A stretch of DNA of 64,000 nucleotides from Octopus vulgaris (GCA_951406725.2 OX597818.1:48484001-48548000); one strand, 5' to 3'; positions 38,425 to 52,352 are shown, counted from the stretch's first letter. The notes: generated by a model not told the origin, from the sequence alone. Numbers and translations: made by a program.

Positions 38425-38459
38425 GTTTAATGTTTTGAGCGGAGCTCTTTATCAGAAAC
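38425..38459 (-). ncRNA. Degenerate minimal type I hammerhead motif (Penelope-like pLTR type)
   Basis: GTTT-CTGATAA-a-GAGC-tcc-GCTC-AAAAC-att-AAAC. Differs from an active core (CTGATGA...GAAACGTT) by three G>A changes. Embedded between (TA)n tracts. Confidence 0.55.
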
Positions 38460-39875
38460 ATAGGAAAAGGAAAGATCCAAAGAAGTGAAGACAGAGGAAA
38501 AAAAAATATATATACGTGTATGTGTGTGTGTAAATGTGCATAAATGTTGACTCCTATAATAGCTTCACTCAAGAAAAATGGTGATTTGTTATTTTCCTTG
38601 TTGGCATTATAAAACTGGCACTCTGTACTTTCAAAGACAGAAAGAGCATCAGGTTATAAAATCCTGCCTCAATACTTCCTTGTCCAGCCCTTGCTGACAT
38701 GGAAGAAATTAACATTAAAAGAACAATACTCACATACATACCCACATCTGTGTGTGTTTGTATATATACGTATATGTGTGCATCTCCATTTGTCTGTCTA
38801 TATCTGTCTGTTCCTGTCTGTCTCTTGCTCTCTCTCTATATGTATGTATGTATGTGTATATATATATCTTATTACATGTTTATATATGTATAATGTGTGT
38901 GTGTTTGTTACTGTATATTTCATTCTGAAAACAAGTTAGAATAGAAGGGTGTATGATTTTTATCTGTACCTAATTTTATAGACAGAAAGAAGCTTAACAG
39001 TGATGAATAAATATTTTTCAAAAAACACCCCAAAACAGTTGTCAGCCAGTGGTTGGCTAAAAAAAAAGCTTCTTAATAGCATAAAAGATTGCTGGCATCT
39101 TAATAATATCTGTTTCATGAAAGTTACTGTTCCTCATTTCGCTTCTACTTACCATTCACTGTTCATGTCAGTCCTAATTTATAACATCTGGCTACTGAAG
39201 GTGTACATGCATAGACAGAGTAGTATTTTGTCAGTCATAGAAGACATCTTGTGAACAAAACTGTTTTCTTTTAATGAAAAACTAATTGGAAATAGTCAGC
39301 AGTAGGGATTTAGGTCATTCAATTAAAACATTTCACTGAAAGAGTTAAATTTCACTGAAATTTCTGCTCATATACTAATTCATATTAATGCATGTTTATT
39401 AATTTATGTATATGTGCGTGTGTGCATGTTTGGTGTGTGTAATATATGCAATATGTATATCTATCTATGTATCTATCAATCTATCTGCATACATACACAC
39501 ACTTATACATGTATGTTTGTCCCCATATATACGTGTGTGAATGTATAAACATATATGCACAATACACATATAAGTGTATGCATGAGTGTGAATATCTTAT
39601 ATATCTACATTATATATGTTATAGATAACCATGTTTATAATGTGTTATTCATGTATCATAATTATAATTTGTCATATACACACATGTGTATGCATATTGC
39701 TTCAGCAGAAAACTGTCTCCTAGCTGAACTCTTCAAGCCTTGCTCTGACCCTCTCACAAATTGATGGCACAAAATCATCCAGAAAGTCTGATAGCCTGAA
39801 ATGTTTACACAAAATGAGAAGCATGTTGTCGCATTATCAAAAAAGGCAATTATATGAATTGTAGTAACTCTAGAA

Positions 39876-40441
39876 CAGGAATTCTCAACCATTTTTTTTA
39901 TCTATGGACCCCCTTTAACCCTTTCGTTACCATATTTATTTTGAGATGTTCTGTGTTTCTTTCAATTACTTCAAATATAACAAAGAATTTAGTAAAATAA
40001 TTTTATTATTATTAAGCTAGTGTTAGGAACATTAATTGCAACTAAAGTTTGATGGAAGATTTTAATTTAGAATTTTTGAAAACAAGACATTTGTACTACA
40101 GAGCCAGAGCTGGTTTCAGCCGGGTTGGTAATGAAAGGGTTAATTGGTATTTTATTATGGTGGACCCTGTAGCCATTCGATGTTTAAAAACTAGCTTTAT
40201 AGAATGTTATTTATTAATGTTTTCACACATTAATTTGTGTAGGTTGAACTTTGTAAAATGTTAGAGAAAGAAATCAAGCTGTTTCTTGCAATACATACCA
40301 ATACCTATGTCTAAAGGAAAATTTTTTCAGGGGTCCTTAAAACACTATTGTAGATTCCCAATTTACTGTTTTGTTGTATGGACCCCACAAAATCTGATAT
40401 GGACTCTCAGGGGCCATATGGACCCCAGTTGAGAAACACTG
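39876..40441. mobile_element. hAT (Charlie-like) MITE with a nested piggyBac MITE A (39915-40143)
   Basis: CAGgaattCTCAAC...GTTGAGAAACACTG; 8-bp flanks ctctagaa / ctttagag. Inner element TTAA-flanked. Confidence 0.85.
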
Positions 40442-40869
40442 CTTTAGAGGATCAATCTGATTGACATTGTTATCAGCATTTTCGCAGTGATTCTTCTTGT
40501 TTGTTTGTTTCAAAATGGTATGTCATCGCCACACCAGACCAACCCAGTGTGTATTCTGCCTGGGTAAAGTATGCACATGCTATCATGCACTGATGACTCT
40601 TTGAGCAAAGATATGCCTACTAGCATCTGACAAGTACTTTCATTGACTTCACAGCAGTTTTCCAATTCTGTGTGCACACCAAGATCAGGGTTTACAATGA
40701 GAAGAGTGATTTCTTTGAAATGTGTAGCAGTGTATGTCAGGGATGTATTTTATCTCCCATTCTATTGATCTACATGATGATGATCATCATCATTTTATCG
40801 TCCACTTTTCCATGTCTGTGTAAGTGAATTCCTCCAGAACAAAATCATAGATCTCAATTATATTGATGA

Positions 40870-41085
40870 TGCCAGACGCCCCTGGCACCTGTGCCGGTGG
40901 CATGTAAAAAGCACCCACTACACTCGCAGAGTGGTTGGTGTTAGGAAGGGCATCCAGCTGTGGAAACACTGCCAGATCAGACTGGAGCCTAGTGTAGCCC
41001 CTGGCTTCCCAGACCCTGGTTGAACCGTCCAACCCATGCTAGCGCAGAAAACAGACGTTAAACGATGATGATGATGATGATGATG
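40870..41085 (+). mobile_element. RTE-tail retroposon
   Basis: Family body and (gat)n tail. Confidence 0.85.
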
Positions 41086-42050
41086 TGGCCAACACTTACT
41101 TCATCCTGCAATGACCTACAGATAGTGTTATGAAAGGTAGACATGTATACACATTAAATCTTGGTGATTTTTGTCCATTTTTTTTTTTCTGTGTAACTGG
41201 TTTTTACCTCATAAATTATGAACTACTATTTATAGCTACATTTAAATTTGAGCATTTTCTTAAACAGACTTAATTTTAATTTTCTCAATGCTCCAAAATG
41301 GGATCTAAAAGAAAAAAAATTGTTGGTCTGTTTCTGTAGCTTGACAATGAGAATTCAGTTCTTTGGTCAACTGATTTACTTCTTCCTGAATTAATGTATA
41401 AATGTGTGACCTGAAAATTTGTCATTAGAAATTTTGCCATATAGGAAAATTCCCAGTAAGACAATTTGCCATATGGACAATGATTACAGCATATTTTTTA
41501 AAGAAATAATAATAAAATATATGATAAAAGGTTTTATAAAAGCATTAAAGAAGCAAGTCTTTATTTAACATCAAGCATTAAAAAATGTGATGAGGCAATT
41601 TAAAAGGAAATTTCTTGCAAATGGCTGAGTATTCCATAGACATGTGTACCATTAATGTAATTCTTGGGTGGAATCAGTATGCCACAGTGTGACAAGGCTG
41701 CACTTTGCTATTGCATGTACAATCCATCTGAGCGCTATCTGTACAGTTTCCATCTATTTTATTTCATCCACATGCTATGGATTGACCTGAAGCTATAAAA
41801 AATGATATTTGCCCAAGATACCATATGGTGGGATTGGTCCTGGAATCCTGGAATCTTGGGGATACAGTTAGTTGCAAGGCAACCTCACTAATGCTGGTGC
41901 CACAAACAGTGCACCCAGTACACTCTGTAAAGTTGTTGGCATTAAGAAGGAATGCCGGTCATAGAAATCATACTAAAACTGAGACGCAAGAATATGCTGC
42001 AGTTTTCTGGTTTGTTGGATCCAGCCAAACCATTCAAGATGTGCCAGCAT

Positions 42051-42082
<32 letters not shown>

Positions 42083-42244
42083 GGTGGTGATGATGGTGAG
42101 CTCTCTCTCTCTCACACACACACACACAATGTGCCCCAACAAATTTCATCTGACCCATGCAAGCACAGAAGAATTGATGTTGGAATGATGATGATGATGA
42201 TGATGATGATGATGCATTATTTCATTTGTGGTTGAGAAGACAGA

Positions 42245-42474
42245 TTAACCCTTTCGTTACCAACCCGGCTGAAACCGGCCCTGGTTCTGTAATGCAAATG
42301 TCTTGTTTTCATAAATTTTGAATTAAAATCTTCTACCAAACCTTAGTCACAATTTATGTTCCTAATACTAGCTTAATGACAACTAAGTTATTTTACTAAA
42401 TTCTTTGTTATATTTAAAATTAATTGAAAGAAACACAGAGCATCTCAACAGGAATATGGTAACAAAAGGGTTAA
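42245..42474. mobile_element. piggyBac-type MITE family A
   Basis: TTAACCCTTTCGTTACCA...TGGTAACAAAAGGGTTAA. Confidence 0.9.
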
Positions 42475-43105
42475 GATTTGTAATATATTTTTACAGTTCA
42501 ACAATATGGCTGAACCTGTTAGAGCAAATCTTGTAATAAAGAATGCTCAAGCAGTTCACATCATCTCAGAATTATTTCATTCAAAGCAAAATCTGCTGCT
42601 GCTGCTTTGTATACTTACTGATAACTCTTTATTCCAGTTGTTCTTATCCTTCAACAGTCATATCTTATGACACTTCTTTCAGTAATGTTCTGAAAGTGTA
42701 TTAATAGGGCAGTGGAGTGAGTGCAGTCGATAGTGCTGTAGGCATTATGGTATTATGTTCTGTGCCTCTCTGATGTTCTTTGTTCAAATCTAACTGGAAT
42801 TAACTTTTCCTTGCATGTCTCTAGAGTTGATAAAATAGTAATCCGTATTAATCCAAGAATAGAATCAATTGACTAACCACTTCCACCTATATGCTGCTCT
42901 TGTGATAGTCAAAATATAGAACTTTTATTAATATTCTATATTAGCTTCATCCAAACGTTATGTTGATCAAGAATGCCTTTAATTCATATTTTGTTTCAAA
43001 TGGACTCTATTAAAATATAAGCTAATTAAATTTACAGTCGTTCAAATCTAATGTGTGTGTGTCTGTCTACATATTGAACCTTCATCCTATGCTATTTGTC
43101 TAAAC

Positions 43106-43439
43106 CAGCGTTTCTCAACTGGGGTTTCCTGGAACCCTAGGATTCTGCAAAAGGTTCCTAGGGGTTCCACAAGAAAGAGTAAGATAAGCTAATAATAGCT
43201 AATGCTAATTTCATGATTGTAATATTACTATACATGTTCAACATATTGGTTATTGTAATATTGATTTCATTCCATAATGTTATCAAAAAAATATAACAAC
43301 CATATATATATATTTGATATTTTCCTATGTGAACTACAATGGAGAAAGATATGGTATATAGTTTTTTTGTGCAGGGCTTCCTTGAGACATATAATTTATT
43401 TTAAGGGTTATACAAGGGTAAAAAGGTTGAGAAACACTG
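43106..43439. mobile_element. hAT-type MITE
   Basis: CAGCGTTTCTCAAC...GTTGAGAAACACTG terminal inverted repeats. Confidence 0.8.
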
Positions 43440-44499
43440 ATCTATTTGTATATAATTATTTAAACTATATTGTATAGTTTAAGTAATTATATTAGTAATA
43501 ACCAATTTTGTAATTAGAAATATCCATCAACAGGAAATCAATATTATTGCCTTCAGACAGGCATTGAGCTGGCAGAATTGTTGCCATACTGGATAAAATG
43601 CATTGTGGCACCTCTTCTGGCTCTTTATGCTGCTGAAGTCAGTTTTGTTTTTCATCTCTTAGGATAAAAAAAAATAAGTACCAATTGAACATTGGGGTCA
43701 ATGTATTTGACTTACCCCTCCCTTCGAAAATGCTGGCCTTTTGCTAAAATTAGAAAGGATTATTGCCTTAAGAGTGTTGCTTTAAATTTGCGATGTTTGT
43801 GTGTGTCCCAAAAGTATTGTAGTAAAGTAAGTGATATTGCTAATATCAAGAATCAAGCCTAGTTCACATAGTATACATTTTCAAACGTCAATGTCTTCAG
43901 TTATTGAAAGAAATAGGTTTCATTGAATTTGTTAGCCAATCACTTTTTTTACTATATTTTTTATACTGAGTTGAAAGGATCTTTTTTTTTATGACAGTCT
44001 GTTTGTGATTATGACTGCAGTCCAATGTATCTTTTGATTCACAGTCAATATTCAATAAAGTATATTTTCTTGTGAGCTTATAAATCATTACACAACAGAT
44101 AGCTATCAGATATTCTAAGTGATAGGTTTTGTTGTTGTTGTCTCTGCTTCCTATGACATGATACTGATATGTGGGTTTTAGTGTACCCTCCTTAGTTGGT
44201 GACCCGTTGACCTTGAGGGTCAACATTCTGGAGACAAAGGACTGGGTGTAATGATTAGTATGGAACCTGTGGAGTTGGATACAATAAGGGTGACTTGAGG
44301 TGGAGAGCCGAGTGAGGAAAGAATGCTTGGGTGGAGAAGATACAAGAGCAACCAGCTCCAATGACCAGAGGACATCATAGCAGTAATAGAAAAGATGGAG
44401 AGAGAAAGAGAGAGTGGGGTGAGATAAGCATACCTGTGGCTCGAGAGATAGTGTGTATCTCTGAGTGTCTTTCAATTTCAGTTCAACCCAAGTTTTGTG

Positions 44500-44790
44500 A
44501 GTAAAGTTACTTGCTTAAGCCTTTTGTTCCCTATGGAACATAGGCCACCAATGACTTTTCTCCCTGTTCTTGGCTCTGGATTGTCCTCCCAGGTCTTGTT
44601 AGATTTGAATTGTCATTGATGTTTCTGTAACTTTGCCTTATTTTCTAGGTTGGGGGTGTTGTTTCTATGCGGACCCATTTTTATCCCTGGGAAGAGAGGC
44701 ATATTAGCCTGGCCTCTATCGTTTGACCTGTCCGTGGTCATTAAGGCATACAAACCACCACTTCACAACAAGGATTGGGCCACGTGGTAA
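44500..44790 (-). mobile_element. Short RTE/RTE-X-related retroposon
   Basis: Minus strand ends ggtggcctatgttccatagggaacaaaaggcttaagcaagtaa, an RTE-type stem-loop with a (taag)-like tail. Confidence 0.5.
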
Positions 44791-46552
44791 GACTGAAATT
44801 AGCTAAGCATGAAATGTGGAACCCTGTTATTGGTTGATATGTACCTGTTCTTTGGCGTTAGATTTAATCTATTTAACATCTGACCTTGGGTGCCTTTAGC
44901 AGAACTTACTCTACTGCAAGCTTTGAATAATTCGTTATCTTTATCTGCAGTTTCCTACTGTAGTAACCCATCACTTGTTTTTTTTTTCTCCTTTCTCCAC
45001 CTACCTGATTAAATTGTAAATTTAAAACAAACTCTGTGTGAATTTCATTGAAACATAAGTTGCATTGTGTAAGTTTAGACAAGTTCTTCTTTGCTTCTTT
45101 TGTTTTTTATCACAAAGAAGACTTCAACTGTGTGAGTCTAAAGTACCTCAGACCAATTCTAGACTGACATGAGTTCTGAAAATAACCACAGATGAAGTAT
45201 ACAACCACACTGACCTGATCTTGATAAGATCCAACCCTATTGTTCTATGTATGAAGAATAACAAATAGAAAGTTGTGAAGCACCAGCAGTGGTGGTGGTA
45301 GTAGTAGTAGTCATAGTGGTTTTAGTATTGGTGTTGGTGGTGGTGATGGTGGTGGTGGTGGTAGTAGTAGTAGCAGCAGCAGCAGTAGTAGTAGTAGTAG
45401 TGGTATGGAGCATTAATCACTGAGCTCTTTGAAGAGAATTAAAATTCAAAGGTCCCTAGTTGATATCTACATTAACCATAATGAAACAAAAACTAATATA
45501 ATAGTTTTCATTCCATTTTATATTCTAAGAGGACTATTTTTAATGATTCACCAAAATATTTTTAGAGCAGGCATGGGTAACCTTTTCCAAGAAGTGGACT
45601 GCATCAGACATGGCATATTACGTAAGCTACTAAAAAGCATGCCATTCAAGAAAGCCCCACATGCCACAGTTTGTCCATAACTACTTCGGAGTATCTAATA
45701 AGTTGAGTAGATAAATTTTGTGTTGTACTTCTAGTTCATAAACTTTTGGAATTGGTCTGGGGACATTTTGGAAATATTTAATAATGATGGCTTTTCATCA
45801 TCATCATCATCACCACCATCATTTAAAGTCTGCTTTCCATGCTGGTATGGGTTGGATGGTTTGACAGGAGCTGCACCAGATTCCATAGTCTGTTTTGGCA
45901 CTGTTTCTACATCTGGATGCCCTGCCTAAAGCCAACCACTTTACAGAGTATACTAGGTGCTTTTTTATGTGGCACCAGTGCCTTTTACGTGGCACCTGTG
46001 AACATGAATTTAAAAAATAAAAAAAATTGTCTTCAATCCTTTCTGTTTATTTTACTTATTTATTATTATTATTATTATTATTTTGTCTGTGTGTTAGAGA
46101 CTAAAACTATTGCCAAGATAGACTTGGGTATACAGATGTGACCAATGTTGCTTAACACTTTGGCCACGTCCACAGAAGGAACTGAATTCTAGTGACCGAA
46201 GCCAATGAAATACTGTCACGCTTTCACAGCAGTGAACTTACATACAATACCATATATGGTACCAACTTGAAGCTAGGTGGACTGGGCTTTTGAGAGCTAA
46301 TTAAGTATATTGGCCATGAACAAACAACCTTGTGAAACACTGATAACAGGAAATGATCTACTATTTCTTTCGTTGGTTTGTTTCCTACCCTATCAACTCA
46401 GCTATTTTTGGATCATGGTTATGATGAAAATAAAAAGCATAAAATATGTATTGACATTTAATTGCTTATTTGTTATTGTTTGTTGTGTCAGTCTGCTTCC
46501 CTTTTTTTGCAAAGCTGTGGACCAGAAATAAATTAAACAACAATTAAACAAT

Positions 46553-47075
46553 CATCATCATCATCATCATTTAGCGTCCGCTTTCCATGCTAGCATGGGT
46601 TGGATGGTTCAACTGGGGTCTGTGAAGTCAGAAGGCTGTACCAGGTCCAGTCTGATCTGGCAATGTTTCTACGGCTGGATGCCCTTCCGAACGCCAACCA
46701 CTCCGTGAGTGTAGTGGGTGCTTTTTACGTGCCACCGGCACAGGTGCCAGACGGGGCTGGCAAACAGCTCCGTCTGAAACATTTTTGTTACCAGGCAGTG
46801 TGGTTAAGAAGTTCACTTGGCAACTAAATGGTTTCAAGTTCAATCCCACTGCATGCATGGTATCTTGAGCAAGTGTCTGACTGATGCCCTGTGAGTGATT
46901 TTGGTAGGTGAAAACTGTACAGAAGCCCGTGTGTGTGTGTGCTTGTGATTGTTTCTCACTACTTAAAACCGGTGTTGGTTTATTTGTGTTTTTGTATCTT
47001 AATGGTTTGGCAAAAAGAGACCAATAGAATAAATGCCAGACTTGAGACAAATACTGGGGTCAATTTGATCTTCTA
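46553..47075. mobile_element. RTE-tail retroposon (-) followed by a CORE-like SINE (+)
   Basis: Family matches at 46553-46770 and 46793-47075. Confidence 0.8.
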
Positions 47076-48016
47076 AAGCAGGGATTCTCAAGTATTTTTC
47101 ATCTATGGACCCCTTTGATTACTATTTTATTCTAGTGGACCCCTATAGCCATTCAATGTTTGAAAACTAGTTTTATAGCTATTTCTTCCAAAATTCCTAT
47201 TTTGTTTTTCACACTCTTTTACTTGTTTCAGTCGTTTGACTGTGGCCATGCTGGAGCACTGCCTCTAGTCATGTAGGTTAAACTATGTAAAATGTTAGCT
47301 GTTTCTTGCAATACATATCAATACATATTTAAAGCAAAAAAAGGAACATTTATTTACTCATCTCAGGTGAAGTTAAGGCTATGGGAATTCAAGGCAATAC
47401 TGGCACTCTGTTGGTTAGAACAACGAGGGTTTCAGTTGATCTGATCAATGGAACAGCCTACTCGTGAAATTAAATGTGCAAGTGGCTGAGCATTCCACAG
47501 ACACATGTTTCCTTAATGTAGTTCTCAAGGAGATTCAGCATGACACGGAATGTGACAAGACTGGCCCTTTGAAATACAGGTACAACTCACTTTTGCCAGC
47601 TGAGTGGACTGGAGCAACATGAAATAAAGTGTCTTGCTCAAGGACACAACATGTTGCTAGGAATTGAACTCAGTGTATTAGACGAAGTGCCTTGCAGTAT
47701 GTAGTTATGTCTCTTTACTTTCTGAGTTCACATCCCACTGAATCTGACTTTGCCTTTCACTCCTTCAGGATAAAGTTCCAGCTTTTGTTATATAGACCCA
47801 TAGAGCTGGTTTCCCTGGTTTCTGTGGTGTGTATATTCACCACCTGGTCAGGACATCGGTCCATCACAGGAATACTCATTTTACCAGCTGAGGGTACTGG
47901 AGCAATGGGAAATTAAGTGTTTTGCTCAAGAATGCAGTGGAGTAGTCCCTTGACTATCATGGGTGTTATGTTCCAAAACCTCCAGCGAGAGGTGAAAATC
48001 CACGAAGTAGAAACAG

Positions 48017-48245
48017 AAGGCTACGAGCTGGCAGAAACATTAGCACGCCAGGCGAAATGCTTAGCGGTATTTCGTCTACTGTTACTTTCTGAGTTCAAAT
48101 TCCACCGAGGTTGACTTTGCCTTTCATCCTTTCGGGGACAATAAATTAAGTACCAGTTACCTACTAATTAAGTACCAGTTACCTACTAATTGACTTAATC
48201 TCCTTGTCTGTCCTTGTTTAGCCCCTTGTGGGCAATAAGCAATAA
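48017..48245 (+). mobile_element. Nin-domain SINE with an internal 22-bp duplication
   Basis: Family match; aattaagtaccagttacctact occurs twice. Confidence 0.85.
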
Positions 48246-48634
48246 GAAACAGTACTGTACTGTATAGTTTTTATTTTTATAATTTGTATGTATTTATTTT
48301 ATTATAAATGCAAAACAACACCTCAAAGGAGTCGATGTAACTTTAAATAATAAACCGCGGAACCGCAATATGGCAAGGGATTACTGTACATTGCCCAGCC
48401 CATGAATTGAAACCACAATGTTACTATCATGAGCCCAACAACTTACCCACTTAACCATGCACCTCCACTTTCAGCCCTTCAGGTCAAGTGATAAAATAAA
48501 GTTAACAGCACATATAATAGAGTGGTTTCTGTATCAACTGTAATCTTTCCTTAGAAATCTGTGGGCTTGTCACAGCTAGAAATCAGTATTATTGTGTTAA
48601 CTGTGGAGAGAAGGAAAAGAGGATGTGAGATATA

Positions 48635-48666
<32 letters not shown>

Positions 48667-49794
48667 AAGAGGGGGAGGTAGAAATAAGAGTAACAAATGG
48701 GAAGTGAGTGGGAGAGAACCCATTCATTTCTGCTTTGTATGCTGCGAGGAAAGAAAAAAAAAAAGCCAAAAACAAACAAACAATTAATGCTCAACTTTCC
48801 TTTAAGTGGTTTTTCTGGAATAATCAGAAGATTTCTAAAATATAAATAAATCCTTGTTGCTTTTCTGGACATTTAAGATTAAAACGTTTGTTTCTAAAAT
48901 CAAATTTATACAAAAGTAACCATGCAGAAATTCGCTTCTTTGTAAATTGGAAAATAGTTTGTTTTTTTAAAACAAACGAAAGACTTTTGAAATATACTAG
49001 AATTTTCATTCTATTTATTTTGCTACACTTTCTGTGTGTCTGTTTCTGTCACATACACACATGCACATACACTCGCACACACACACACACATACACACAC
49101 ACACACAGTCTCTTTTTCTCTTTCTGACTCCAGAACCATATGTTGCTGCCTTTTTTTCCTTTTCTGTTCACTTCATCTCTTTTCTAAATATTCTTCAGTT
49201 CTTTTTTTTTTCTGTAAACTGTCCCAAATACTCTTGTCTGTATACTTAGCACTCTTTAATAAAAACACTGTCACCATTTTTGCAAGGAATTCTATTGCAA
49301 CATTTTAACTAATTTATATTGTATAAACACATACACAGCATTTTCCTAGGCATGTGTTTCACATCTTATAAAACTCAATTCAGTTTCAACATATTTTGAA
49401 TATTTAACTACTGTTGAATATTTTAAAATATTTTTATTTTCATTATATCATTAAAAAACAAACATGCTTATCTCTTTCAATTATATCATTTATATTTATA
49501 GAGGAAAAAATCCTGACTAGAATCCAAATTATTGAAAAGAAAGTTTTTTTCAGTATATCATTTTAACAAAACCCCACAGAGATAAATCTTTTCTTTTTCT
49601 TTCGGTTATGTTAGAGGGGAGGGGCATTTCCACAGAGAGATGGAAGTGAGTAGGTAAAGTGGCAGTTGTCACAAATTTTGAAATTTGGTGGCTGGAATAT
49701 TGTAGAAACACATGGATTGGTGAGATGGGGGTTCCACAGGGTGGTAGTTTTCAAAATGAGACCTGCAGGGTGTTTAGTTGTGAGTGGATTTGGT

Positions 49795-50065
49795 AGGGTG
49801 GCACATAAAAAGTACCATTCGAGCGTGATCGTTACCAGCGTCGCCTTACTGGCACTTGTGGTGGTGTCATGTGAAAAAACATTTGAGTGAGGTCATTGCC
49901 AGTGCCGCTGGACTGGCTCCTGTGCAGGTGGCACATAAAAAACACCATTTGAGTGTGGCCATTGCCAGTACTGCCTGACTGGCCCTTGTGCCAGTGGCAT
50001 ATAAAAGCACCCACTACACTCTCGGAGTGGTTGACGTCAGGAAGGGCATCCAGCTGTAGAAACTC
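49795..50065 (+). mobile_element. RTE-tail retroposon with a 60-bp unit array, truncated against a MITE A half (50066-50185)
   Basis: ggtggcacataaaaa..accatt.gag.gtg...ttgccag...ctggc units, then the family tail start. Confidence 0.8.
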
Positions 50066-50614
50066 TTATGTTCCTAACACTAGCCGAATGATAACTAAGT
50101 TATGTTACTAAATTCTTTGTTATATTTAAAGTAATTGAAAGAAATACAGAACATCTCAAAATAAGTACAGTAATGAAAGGGTTAAAGGGCAAAGAGGAAT
50201 GATAAAGCCTTGTGTCAGCTGCATTGGAGTGAATAGGGACTGTGGGGATTGAGATGAGGTCGTTGTTAAAAGAGGAGAAAAGTGAAAGTGAGCCAACAAG
50301 AAGTGGAATCACTTAAGTTGATGGCAGATGACACATACAGCGAGGAAGCTTCAGATTTAGATGATTAGTTGTCTTTTGTTTGATTCAGTCACTGGACTGG
50401 GGCCAAGCTGGGGAACCACCCTGAAGCTGAACAAATGGACGCTTGTACTTATTTTTTTTAAAGTCTGGTACTTACTTTATTGATCTCTTTTTTTCAAACT
50501 GCTAAGCTATGGGAACATATAAACCAATATCGGTTAAGTGGTGGGAGGAACAAATTCAAAGACACATATATACACATAAATACATACATTGATACTTTTG
50601 TCTGTCTGTCTGTC

Positions 50615-51150
50615 TCCTACTATAAATTTGAATGATGTTTCTCTGTCTGTTACATTTTTATGTTCGTTAACTCCTCCTAGACTGTTGGTGCAAGGACAAC
50701 GAAACTCAAACCAGCAGCTCCCCTAATCCCAGGGAATGTCGTAAGGGGTTCTGTTTTTTTAAGGGCTACCTAATTGGGACCCCACTGAACCCCCTATTTT
50801 TACTGCATTTTAAACTAAATACATGACATTGGCAACCAAATAGGATCGATGACAATGAATTTCGTACCATGAATTCCCAGGGAATTGAAAGGAGGTTCGG
50901 TTTCTGAAGGGCCATTTAAATGGGGTCCTGCTGTCCCCCGTCCATTTTTACTGCATTTACCTCGCTCCTATGCTTATTGATTAACCTATGATCAGCATCA
51001 GTGCTTAGCACATTTGCAGAAATAAGTTTGGGCATTACATTACACAAGGGTAGAGGGCTGCAAAGTGCCACAATAGTGGGGCCAAAGGCCTCAAAGGTGC
51101 CGTCTGCAAGAGCTAACCAGAATGCCACCCGAAGGGCGGCTTCAAGGTTA

Positions 51151-51151
<1 letters not shown>
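50615..51151 (+). mobile_element. Helitron-like non-autonomous element
   Basis: 5' TC(ctactataaa); 3' GC-rich hairpin gccaccc-gaa-gggcggc (51124-51140) followed by TTAG|T (CTRR-like). No TIR or TSD; internal ~150-bp duplication. Confidence 0.65.
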
Positions 51152-51193
<42 letters not shown>

Positions 51194-51987
51194 TACACAA
51201 TGAGCTTCCACACAGTTTCCATCTACCAAAGGCATTGATTGGTGTGGGGCTATAGCAGAAGACACTTGCTCAAAGTGCAGCAACCACATGGTTGCAAAGC
51301 AACCTTCTTAACCACACAGCCATACATAGTTCTGAAATAATCCCAGGTAAGGTTTCTAAAGTGAAGGATTATTTGTGAGTTAAATAAATAGTTTTAGCTT
51401 TTTGAAACCTGTATTTATGGTCACGTAAGGAGAGATAGTCTATTGTAAATGATAGTCATTATTAGCATTAATGTCTAAACACTGAAGCCACTTATTAGCA
51501 ATGTAAGGATATAAATAAGTGGGTAGATAATTAAACAGGCACATCCTCTTTTGCTGTCTGACCTACAGTTCAGGAGAATTTGTCAGCAAATTTTAACTCT
51601 GTCTTCTTCCAAAACTAAATTTTAGTGCTGAGTAATGTTAGTGTACATGAGCTGATCTACAACACAATAGTTAGCCGATCAACTACTTTTTAGTTGATTG
51701 TGCTATGCTTCAGTCTGAGAACTTATAGTGTCTACTACACATTGACTCTCAGTATTTTAATGTCCATTTTTCTGTGCTTGCATGGGTTGAGTGGAATTTA
51801 CTGATGCAAATTTTCCACAGTTGGATGTCCTTCCTCTCATCAGCTTTCACCTGTTTGCAAGCAAGGTAATATTTCCCCATGACCAGACATGTTCTCAGAG
51901 AATACTGAAAATGAATCACACAGTGAGATTGAACCCAAAACCATGTGGTTGGAAAATATTTCTTAACCACACAGCTCTGCCTGTGCC

Positions 51988-52192
51988 TTATTCTAAACAC
52001 TCTATCTCAACATGAGGAACTTCAGTATCCAACTTTCTACAACCTGTCATCATCATCATCATCGTTTAACGTCTGCTTTCCTTGTCCAACCCATGCTAGC
52101 ATGGAAAGCGGACGTTAAACGATGATGATGACAGTTAGGTTGTAGAAAATTGGATGCTGAAGTTCCTCATGTTGAGATAGTGTTTAGAATAA
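51988..52192. repeat. Inverted duplication (~90-bp arms) of an RTE tail plus its flank
   Basis: ttattctaaacact..atctcaacatgaggaacttcag...gtttaacgtctgctttcc pairs with ggaaagcggacgttaaac...ctgaagttcctcatgttgagatagtgtttagaataa. Confidence 0.9.
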
Positions 52193-52352
52193 TTGAATGA
52201 GAGTAAAATGAAAAGAACTAAATCAATCTGTGGTGTGTAGCTTTGGTAGTGTTTGTTCAATTTTCTTGTCCCTTGGATATGATCTTAATATATCCTTGTG
52301 CCGATACTGTGTCACTTACTAGATGCTATCATTGTCAAGAAAGTGCAGTTCT

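Noticed and set aside
40586-40618. CTGATGA-ctc-ttt-gag-CAAA hammerhead-like match (similar weak hits at ~7710-7740, ~43880-43900, ~58705 and ~63895)
   Set aside because: GAAA, stem I or stem III is missing; compatible with chance.
43897-44475. 192-aa minus-strand ORF
   Set aside because: Partly a decayed L2/CR1 fragment; the remainder has no recognisable domain.
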